Below, one piece after another: positions 19,853-27,397 of a stretch of 64,000 bases of DNA. Position numbers and translations under genes: made by a program. Position 1 is the stretch's first letter. Every line of letters starts with the position of its first letter. The DNA is from an uncultured Gammaproteobacteria bacterium (GTDB lineage: Bacteria; Pseudomonadota; Gammaproteobacteria; UBA9214): contig CAVVHS010000006.1 in assembly GCA_963748215.1 (NCBI GenBank), positions 96,001-160,000 of the forward strand. Reading direction: 5' to 3'. Below the pieces are notes generated by a model, which did not search any database, was not told the DNA's origin, and saw only the letters and a program-made list of their open reading frames with translations.

Positions 19853-20992
19853 CTACTGAACAGCCGGCAGCTGGGGCAGCAGGCCCACATCCCTGACCGT
19901 CAGCTCGTTGCCCCCGCCGGTATCGAGAACCACGTCGACCGCGTGCGCGACAGACTGGTTGCCAGCGCCGCCCAGCAGCACGCCCTGTACGTAACCCGAT
20001 GTGACGTTGGCGCTGAACTGGCCGGGATCCGATACCAGATCGACCGCCTGAACGGGGCCGCCCGCGTCAAAGGCATAACCCGGGTTCTGCCAGTTACCGG
20101 TCCAGCCAGGCTGGCTGCCGAAATTCACGGTGATATTCGCCATTGTACCGGTATTACCTGACATATTGCCTGAAAACGAGGCCGTCACATTACCGGCATT
20201 GAGTGTATCCAGTGTGTCCATGCTGCTTGCGATGCCCCAGGCAAATACGCCTGAATTTGTATTGTCCAGCGTCTGGTTGGTGGTACTGCCATGCAACCAG
20301 ACACCCCCTGCCCGGTCAAAGTTGCCTTCAGTATCGGGTTGACCCTTGAACACAATGAGTTTGGATTCGGTGCCCTCGACGATCCCGTTATAGCGCGGCG
20401 GCCCGGGCACATCCTCGCGCTGGAGGTTGTCGATAGACACCAGTTCGTTACTGCCGCCCGGATCGACGACGAACTGACTGGCGTCCGGATTCATGGCATA
20501 AGGCACCACACTGGATCCGCTGGTATCGGCGGGCTGAGCCGCCAGCCCGGGTGCGATGGTCGCAAAACCACAGGCAGCCCCCGGCGTGCAGGAACCCAGG
20601 GGCAGGGTTACCCCATCGCCGGCGGGGTCACGGGTAAACTCGTCGGGCCGGAGATTGGGGTCACCCTGTGCCAGCTTGATCGGCGCAACAGTGCCACCGG
20701 CTGCCGGTGCCAGTGACGCCCAGGGGCCCCAGCAGTAGATGGAGTTTGCGGCATTGGGATCTGCGCAGGGATCAACGGGGCTGCCCGCTGCCGGATTCAT
20801 ATCGGGGAGCGCCTCAACCAGCTTTTCCTGACAGGCGTCTACCAGACTCTTTGGAACGGAAGCCGGGTCTGCGGCCCAGCGTTTGAGTATTTCCGCACAA
20901 TCGCGATCCTTGAGCGCCATGCCACCGGCAAGGGCGCTGTTCAGGAACAGGGCGCAGCCGAGCAAGACGAGAAATCTAAAGTGGAAACGCAT
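19853..20992 (-). CDS. Secreted protein, putative Slam/T11SS cargo: Cys-paired N-terminal modules with two PAAG motifs and a C-terminal TbpB/HphA-like barrel
   Basis: Sec signal peptide; Gly/Asn/Thr-rich beta region with FAWG...TASFSG...NITVNFG pattern; adjacent to and co-oriented with the Slam-like gene. Confidence 0.6.
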   Translation of the reverse strand: MRFHFRFLVLLGCALFLNSALAGGMALKDRDCAEILKRWAADPASVPKSLVDACQEKLVEALPDMNPAAGSPVDPCADPNAANSIYCWGPWASLAPAAGGTVAPIKLAQGDPNLRPDEFTRDPAGDGVTLPLGSCTPGAACGFATIAPGLAAQPADTSGSSVVPYAMNPDASQFVVDPGGSNELVSIDNLQREDVPGPPRYNGIVEGTESKLIVFKGQPDTEGNFDRAGGVWLHGSTTNQTLDNTNSGVFAWGIASSMDTLDTLNAGNVTASFSGNMSGNTGTMANITVNFGSQPGWTGNWQNPGYAFDAGGPVQAVDLVSDPGQFSANVTSGYVQGVLLGGAGNQSVAHAVDVVLDTGGGNELTVRDVGLLPQLPAVQ

Positions 20993-21041
20993 GATTCATG
21001 ACTCCCGGGATGAAGAACAATCCACTGTTTTTAAGTAAGTA

Positions 21042-21057
21042 TGCAAAAGCCGTACCT
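21042..21057 (-). promoter_or_regulatory. Sigma54 (-24/-12) promoter
   Basis: Minus strand reads AGGTACGGCTTTTGCA (GG-N10-GC, close to TGGCACG-N4-TTGCW), 50 bp upstream of ATG 20992. Confidence 0.7.
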
Positions 21058-21118
21058 GAATATATTTACTATATATTACATATACTTGTTGCGCCTTTAT
21101 TAGATCGCATCGCGAATA

Positions 21119-21234
21119 TGTAATGTAAACTGACACTAAAACCCCAGTCATAATAATAGAAATGAAATAACCAGCTGTTTTTATTCAGTTAGTAGGTAAT
21201 CCAACAATCAGGCAAGCTGTTAATTCTTTCGACA
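21119..21234. promoter_or_regulatory. Two TGT-N11-ACA enhancer-like boxes
   Basis: TGTAATGTAAACTGACA (21119-21135) and TGTTAATTCTTTCGACA (21218-21234) in an AT-rich spacer upstream of the sigma54 site. Confidence 0.55.
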
Positions 21235-21281
21235 CGGGGTGATCGAACAGGCGCAACTTAACCCGGCAAGGCCGGGCGCGA

Positions 21282-22598
21282 CTAGAAGCTTCGCGACAAT
21301 ACGAGGCTGATCTGGTCCCGGCTGTAGTCGTAGATCGGTACGTTGGAATCGTTTTCGGTATGGGTCCAGTTGCCGGTTAGCGCCCAGTTGTTCAGCACGC
21401 CCGATTTGAAGTTATGCTGAAATCCCAGGGTGTAGCGCCACTCGTCCTCGTCACGCGGATTCGGGAACCCGGGTTCCAGTCCCTTGAAATCATAGTTACG
21501 GTATCCGATCCGGGCGAACACCGAGCCGTTCTGCCAGGCCTGCGCGACACCGCCGAGATACAGATCGGGGCCTTCGTTCGCGAAACGCTCCGCGCTGTCG
21601 TCGGTGTCGAAGCGGAAATAGCCGGCACCCCCCTTGAGCGCCAGTTTCTTGTCGAAAAAGTACCGGCCCAGACTAAGTCCCGCCCACTGGTACCAGCCCT
21701 CGCGCACGCCGTCTATGTCCTTGTTGTAGTCACGCCGGGTCAGGACACCTTCCAGGCCAAACTCGGTCGAATTACCGATCTGCCAGTTAATGGAGGGATT
21801 GAGACTGCTAAACAACGCCAGACGTCCGTCGCCCAGCCAGATCTGGTCAGCCTGCAACCCGACGGCTGCGCGCCAGTGGCGTGGAACCACCCAGGCCGGA
21901 CCGGTGCGCAGTGTCAACAGGCCCAGATTGAAATCATGCTCATCGAAGTAGCCGCGAAAGTAGACATTGGCGGAACTCTGCCAGAGGAAAAAACCGGCGT
22001 GCTCGCCGGTCTGAAAGCGTTTCCCGGGGTTATAGGTGTGCGCCAGCCCCGGATTGATGACGAAGGCCAGGTCTTCCTGCTTCCGGGTAACCGCGAACGG
22101 CGTGCCGCCGATCTGGATCACTTCCTGGTTCGGTCCGACATTGACATTGCTGTCGTGCATGAGGCCCACGGCTATCGAAGGCGTCCAGGTATGGCGATCG
22201 GCCAGTTTTTTTTCGTCTGCGTCGATCTGCGCCAGGAATGCCAGCACGGTGGTGCGTACCGCAGGCGGTGTATTGGGGTCGTTCAGGACTCGCTCTGACT
22301 CGGCACGTGCCGCCGCATAATCCATGGACAGATAATAGGTTCGTGCAAGCTCCAGCCGTGCCCGGTGCATGCCGGGATTGCCGGTCAGTATGGCATCGAG
22401 CAACTCACGTGCCGTTCTCAGCCTGTCTTCCTCGATGGCCTGCAGTGCCGAGGTGAACTGTTCCTGCATGTCTTCGGCAACCGCTGGCATGGGTGCTGTC
22501 AATGCGGCCAATGTCCAGAAAGAAGCCAGCGCGGCTGTCGCCATGGCCCGTCCACGTTTCGTGCTGCCTGTTTCAGGTTTTTCTTGAATCATGGTCAT
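21282..22598 (-). CDS. Slam/DUF560-like (type XI secretion) outer-membrane protein: TPR + beta-barrel
   Basis: Signal peptide; TPR segment (NPGMHRARLELARTYY), HDSNVNVGP, aromatic beta-strands, C-terminal SNVPIYDYSRDQISLVLSRSF ending in Phe; start uncertain. Confidence 0.8.
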   Translation of the reverse strand: MTMIQEKPETGSTKRGRAMATAALASFWTLAALTAPMPAVAEDMQEQFTSALQAIEEDRLRTARELLDAILTGNPGMHRARLELARTYYLSMDYAAARAESERVLNDPNTPPAVRTTVLAFLAQIDADEKKLADRHTWTPSIAVGLMHDSNVNVGPNQEVIQIGGTPFAVTRKQEDLAFVINPGLAHTYNPGKRFQTGEHAGFFLWQSSANVYFRGYFDEHDFNLGLLTLRTGPAWVVPRHWRAAVGLQADQIWLGDGRLALFSSLNPSINWQIGNSTEFGLEGVLTRRDYNKDIDGVREGWYQWAGLSLGRYFFDKKLALKGGAGYFRFDTDDSAERFANEGPDLYLGGVAQAWQNGSVFARIGYRNYDFKGLEPGFPNPRDEDEWRYTLGFQHNFKSGVLNNWALTGNWTHTENDSNVPIYDYSRDQISLVLSRSF

Positions 22599-22663
22599 TG
22601 CCCGGGTACCTTTACCACGCCGATGCGGCGGCCCATTCTAAAAGACAATCGGTTTTTACTCAA

Positions 22664-23317
22664 TTGCCTTGCTCCTTCCGAAATCGGGCTTCACTTGCAC
22701 TGATCGGCGCATTGTTCGTTCTGTCGCTGTTGCCGGTCCACGCGTTCGCCTTTCCCGGCGACCTGTTCGGCTTCAATCAGACCCGGCAGTCAGATATACA
22801 TGTATTCAGGCAGTGGGTAGAGGTGCTTGGACGGCATCTGCGGGAAGATGCCCCGGCAGGTGATTGCCAGGAGAAAAAGTTCAACCGCTGTCATCTAGGC
22901 CAGTGGCTGGATTTTCTCGACAGCATTCGCAAACTGCCCCGTGACCAGCAGCTCGAGCGGGTCAATCGCTACGCCAACCGCAAACACTACGTGCTGGACA
23001 TGGATAATTACGGGGTGGAAGACTATTGGGCTGTAGCCAGCGAATTTCTGGACAGGGGCGGCGATTGCGAAGATTACGCCATTACCAAACTGTTTTCGCT
23101 GCGATGGCTGGATTACCCGACCGAGGATGCACGTATCGTGGTTCTCCAGGACACCAATCTGCGTATACCCCATGCGGTCCTTGCGGTTTCGCGCGGCCAG
23201 GATATTGCCATTCTCGATAACCAGATCAGCGAAGTCGTGTCTCATCACGATATCGTTCATTACCGCCCGGTTTACTCCATCAACGAGAACAGCTGGTGGC
23301 TGCATCTCCCGGAATGA
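22664..23317 (+). CDS. LapG-like periplasmic transglutaminase-like cysteine peptidase (BTLCP)
   Basis: Signal peptide (..VHAFA); VNRYAN, DYWA, GDCEDYAITK (Cys), HAVLAV (His), ILDN (Asp); TTG start is uncertain. Confidence 0.88.
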   Translation: MPCSFRNRASLALIGALFVLSLLPVHAFAFPGDLFGFNQTRQSDIHVFRQWVEVLGRHLREDAPAGDCQEKKFNRCHLGQWLDFLDSIRKLPRDQQLERVNRYANRKHYVLDMDNYGVEDYWAVASEFLDRGGDCEDYAITKLFSLRWLDYPTEDARIVVLQDTNLRIPHAVLAVSRGQDIAILDNQISEVVSHHDIVHYRPVYSINENSWWLHLPE

Positions 23318-25395
23318 AAACGCCGCATCATAGCGCTCCGGCGAAGACGCCCTCGATCGCAGCCGGCATTTTCATATTGCTTTTACTGGTCGGTCTGGGC
23401 GCCTACCTGATCAATCTCTATATCGGTAAAGAGCGCGAACGTGACCTGCAGCAATGGGAGACGCGTCTTGACCTGGTGGTGGATACCCGCATGGATGCCA
23501 TCGAACGCTGGATCGATTTGCGTTATGACGGGCTGCAGGAACTTGCCGACAATGCATCGCTCCAGCTCTATCTCTGGCAGCTGCTTCAGCCGCCGGACCG
23601 CGAGACGCCTGACACAGAACCGGCGCAGCTATCCTATCTGCGCAATCTGGTCCTGGCGGCGGCGGACCGGGATGGCTACTTCTCCATGGATACACCGCGC
23701 ATCCCGGCCGATTTGCCACAGACACAGGCGAGCGGCCTTGCCCTGTTGAACGACAAACTGCAGCCGGTCGTGACGACGCCAGGCATGCCGGAGATCGGCA
23801 AGGCCGAGCGCAGGGCGGCCAAAGTCGCCCTGGCCAGCGGCCGACATCAAATCGGCGAATTGCGACTGGACAGCCAGGACCACGCGATCATCGCCTTCGC
23901 AGTACCGGTGGCCGCGGTGCTTGGTGCGAAAACCGGGCAGCCGGCACCGATCGGCGTGCTGGTCGGCATACGAAATGCCGACGCCGAATTGATGCCGCTT
24001 CTGCATCAGGGGGCTTCCTTTGCCGAAGACAGCGAAGCCCTGTTGCTGGAGCAGCGCGACAACATGGTGGTCTACCTGTCTCCCGGCAAGGACGGCACCA
24101 AACCCACGCGGCGCAGCCTGCGCATGGACCGCACCAGCCTGGGCGGAGTCAATGCGGTTACAACACCGGGCGGCTTCGGTGTATTCAACAATTACCGTGG
24201 CGAACCGGTGCTACAGGTGAGCCGGCGCCTGGGGTCCACTCCCTGGATCCTGGTGCAGCAGGTAAACGCCGGACAGGCAATGAAAGAGTCGAACGAGCAT
24301 CGGCGCTTTCTGGTCACTGCGCTGTCACTGCTGCTGTTGACTGTTGCGGCCATGTCGGTTGCAGCCTGGCGTCATGGCAGCAGTGTCCGCGCCCAGCAGC
24401 AGGCCCATGAGTTGCGTGAAAAGGCACTGAAACTTCAGAAACAGACCGAGTTGTTGCACGCCGTTACCGACAACATCGATACGCTCACACTCTTGCTCAG
24501 TCAGGATGAACGTATCCTGTTCAGCAACCAGGCTACGGCCGAAGCGGCCGGTGCCGCACTGTCCGATCTCATCGGCAATCCCCTGAGTGCCGCGCTGGGG
24601 TCGGCGGTGAGTGCAGACCTGGAGCAAGGTATCAAGGCGGCACGCGCCTCCGGCAAAAACGCCTGGCGGGTGATCAGCCTGCCTATCGGTGGTCAAAGCC
24701 GAAGCTATCGCACGGGATTCATCCCGGTTGAACGTATCGGACGTCATGAGCAACCCTTGCTGCTGGTGCTCACTGATATAACGCAGTTGCAGCAGGCACA
24801 GCAGCGTCACTCCAGATTGCTGCGGAATCTGGTTTCCACTCTCGTTCACGTGGTCGACATGCACGACCCCTGGTCTGCACACCATTCGCAGCGCATGGTG
24901 GTGGTGGCCAATGCCATTGGCCGGGAATTGAGGCTGGGCAAGCAGGAGCGGCAGACACTGGAGTTGGCGGCGACCCTGGCCAATCTCGGCAAAATCATGA
25001 TCCCGCGCGAGATACTGGTCAAAACCGAACCCTTGACCGACGCGGAACACGAGTTACTGCAGAAGCATGTCCTGCATGGCCTGGACCTGCTTGAGAGCCT
25101 TGATTTTGACGGGCCGGTACTGGAAACCATTGCGCAAAAACAGGAGCTGCTCGATGGCAGCGGCTATCCGCATGGCTTGCATGCAGAGCAAATGAGCCTG
25201 ACAGGAAGGATTCTTTCGGTCGCCAATGTGTTCGTTGCCCTGACCAGTCCCCGCGCCTATCGCGCGGGCATGTCGACACAGCAGGCTGTCAGCGAGCTGA
25301 TGGCGGGCGCGGATACCCGCTACGACCGCCATGTGGTAGCGGCGCTGTTCCATATCGCGGAAAACAGGAAGGAGTGGCTGGAAAAAGGCAGTTGA
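23314..25395 (+). CDS. Transmembrane Cache-like/PAS/degenerate HD-GYP protein (candidate c-di-GMP receptor)
   Basis: Two TM helices around a large periplasmic domain, coiled coil, PAS-like region, then DGSGYPHGL and PRAYR; the HD motif reads LANLGK; ATGA overlap with the protease stop. Confidence 0.82.
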   Translation: MKTPHHSAPAKTPSIAAGIFILLLLVGLGAYLINLYIGKERERDLQQWETRLDLVVDTRMDAIERWIDLRYDGLQELADNASLQLYLWQLLQPPDRETPDTEPAQLSYLRNLVLAAADRDGYFSMDTPRIPADLPQTQASGLALLNDKLQPVVTTPGMPEIGKAERRAAKVALASGRHQIGELRLDSQDHAIIAFAVPVAAVLGAKTGQPAPIGVLVGIRNADAELMPLLHQGASFAEDSEALLLEQRDNMVVYLSPGKDGTKPTRRSLRMDRTSLGGVNAVTTPGGFGVFNNYRGEPVLQVSRRLGSTPWILVQQVNAGQAMKESNEHRRFLVTALSLLLLTVAAMSVAAWRHGSSVRAQQQAHELREKALKLQKQTELLHAVTDNIDTLTLLLSQDERILFSNQATAEAAGAALSDLIGNPLSAALGSAVSADLEQGIKAARASGKNAWRVISLPIGGQSRSYRTGFIPVERIGRHEQPLLLVLTDITQLQQAQQRHSRLLRNLVSTLVHVVDMHDPWSAHHSQRMVVVANAIGRELRLGKQERQTLELAATLANLGKIMIPREILVKTEPLTDAEHELLQKHVLHGLDLLESLDFDGPVLETIAQKQELLDGSGYPHGLHAEQMSLTGRILSVANVFVALTSPRAYRAGMSTQQAVSELMAGADTRYDRHVVAALFHIAENRKEWLEKGS

Positions 25396-25787
25396 AGCCG
25401 GTGCCCGGACACTCGTGTCTCTCCTGTCGACTTGCTGTGTCCCGCGTCAAATCAGTGAGGTAATCCCCAGGTTATACCGGTGGACTTCCATTAATGCGAG
25501 CTATTTAGCGGTCATGCTCTATCTCCGGTCACGACCAGGAGAAGGAGAATTACCGCCGGGAGAATATCAGTGTCTGAGACATCCCGGCGGGACCGATTTA
25601 CCGTAATGCATGATGCCGGGGCGTCCGGGGTGATTGTTCCCGGCAGCGCGATGGCGAGCAGCATGGTTATTCGACCGGGACAGGCCATGATGCTTCCCGA
25701 TGCAACGCCCGGTTAGCACGCGCGTGCAGCGGACGGTGTTTCCATGCTGCAGACGTTCCACTGGACATTCGCTTCGAGAGTAAAGAT

Positions 25788-26147
25788 ATGTTCGAGAAAA
25801 AATACCAAAGCCCGCTGCCACTGCGGCTGTTTGCACTGCGCATGGCGTCGTTTTCCGGACTGGCGTTCCTGTTCATTGTCCTGTCCCTGGGTATTGGCGT
25901 CCTGGGCTATCACTACATCGCCGGTTTTTCTGTGATTGATTCCATACTGAACGCCTCCATGATCCTGACGGGTATGGGGCCGGTCGGAGAACTGCCGACA
26001 ACAGATGCCAAGTTGTTTGCCTCGGCGTACGCACTCTTCAGCGGTCTTGTGTTTGTCATCTTCATGGGTATTCTGCTTACTCCGATTTTGCACCGGATAT
26101 TGCACAAATTTCATTTCGATGAAACCCGCACGACAACCAAACCATAG
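25788..26147 (+). CDS. Small two-TM membrane protein with a K+-channel-like pore-helix layout
   Basis: TM-GYHYIAGFSVIDSILNASMILTGMGP-TM. Confidence 0.65.
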   Translation: MFEKKYQSPLPLRLFALRMASFSGLAFLFIVLSLGIGVLGYHYIAGFSVIDSILNASMILTGMGPVGELPTTDAKLFASAYALFSGLVFVIFMGILLTPILHRILHKFHFDETRTTTKP

Positions 26148-26209
26148 CCTGGTTGTATTGCCGGTCCTGATGTCCGGCACATCAGCAGCCCTCAGCTGAA
26201 AAAGCAGTA

Positions 26210-26791
26210 ATGCGCAACGAGAGAGAAGTCGACATCAGCGACAGGGTCCGACGGGTCCTGTCACGGGCCTGCTCCAGGACATCGCTCACCTACCTGGTGG
26301 TCGGACTGCTGCTGGTTGCTGCCATCATTACCGGCGGCCACGAAATCGAAAGGCATTTCCATGCGATCGAGGTATGGATCACGCAGCTGGGCCCGTGGGG
26401 TGTGCTCGCATTCATCGGGCTGTTTGCCCTGGCAACGTCGTTGCTGTTGCCCGACACAGTGCTCTGTATCGTTGCCGGCGCGCTGTTCGGCCTGGGTTGG
26501 GGTATCGTCGCGGTCCTTGTCGGCAGTGTTCTGGCCGGTATGATCCAGTTTGCGCTCGCCCGCAAGCTCCTGCGGGCGCGGATCCAGCGAAGTCTTGCCA
26601 AGAGACCCTCGCTGGCTGCAATCCAGCGCGCCATCAGCCATGACGAGTTTCGCCTGCAGTTACTGGTGCGCCTGACGCCGTTGAATCCGGCCACCGTCAG
26701 TTATGTACTGGGCGCTGCCGGCGTCCGATTTCCCGGGTTTTTATTTGCCCTGCTGGCGCTCACGCCCAATCTGCATCCCTGGCCTTGTTGA
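26210..26791 (+). pseudogene. TVP38/TMEM64 (VTT/SNARE-associated) membrane protein, probably 3'-truncated
   Basis: LGPWGVLAFI, AGALFG, LLVRLTP; ends abruptly after TPNL where it meets an opposite-strand remnant. Confidence 0.6.
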
Positions 26792-27056
26792 ACAGCTTTC
26801 TTGTGCTGCTTTTCGCGTTATCGAACAACTCCTCGATTTTGCTTTTGCCGGTAATCGCAGTCCGGAGCACCTCGATATGTTTTGTGGCCGCCTGGTAGTT
26901 GTCTTTATCACCGTAAAAATAGCCCGGCCGGTCAGCCGTTTCGATCTGCTCGGAGGCATAGGCAAGCGCTCGCAAGGCGGTATCCTTGTCCGTTTCCTGG
27001 GATTCCTCTGCTGCCAGGATGGCACCCTGCGCCAGTACCACAGGCAATGGTGTCAC
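26760..27056 (-). pseudogene. C-terminal remnant resembling a YfdX-family protein
   Basis: PLPVVLAQGAILAA...A.EQIE.A...GY pattern; 5' side abuts a REP element and has no convincing start. Confidence 0.4.
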
Positions 27057-27077
27057 ATGCGCCTTGCGCTATGAGAT

Positions 27078-27375
27078 GCAGGGTGTGTTATACGCACCGC
27101 AAATAGTGCGCGGAGTGCACCCTACAACTACTCGTTAAGGCACCCAGCATTCGATTTTTCCGTGTCTTTCCGTGTGCTTCCGTGGCCATTTATCTTTTCA
27201 CGGCTCACGCCCCACCTCAGCTGCAGGAGGCACCCCGGGCGCCGTTCCCGGTGCGTAAAACGCACCCTACGTACCGCGGCTGATTAATTTTTCCGTGTTC
27301 TTCCGTGGATTCCATGGCCATGATCCAGCGCACCTGAAATTCACGTCTCACGCTGCGTAAAAGGTGCAGCCCCCT
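27078..27375. repeat. REP doublet plus an inverted partial copy of the 252-bp composite repeat
   Basis: gcagggtgtgttatacgcacc...gtgcaccctac; 27218-27270 is the reverse complement of the array unit starting at 55119; ttccgtg/ccacggaa motifs. Confidence 0.8.
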
Positions 27376-27397
27376 TTATACACGCGCGACGGTCCCC

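Noticed and set aside
20954-20965. Lipobox LLGC13 in the putative cargo
   Set aside because: The hydrophobic stretch continues to an ALA signal peptidase I site, so a lipoprotein is less likely; not fully excluded
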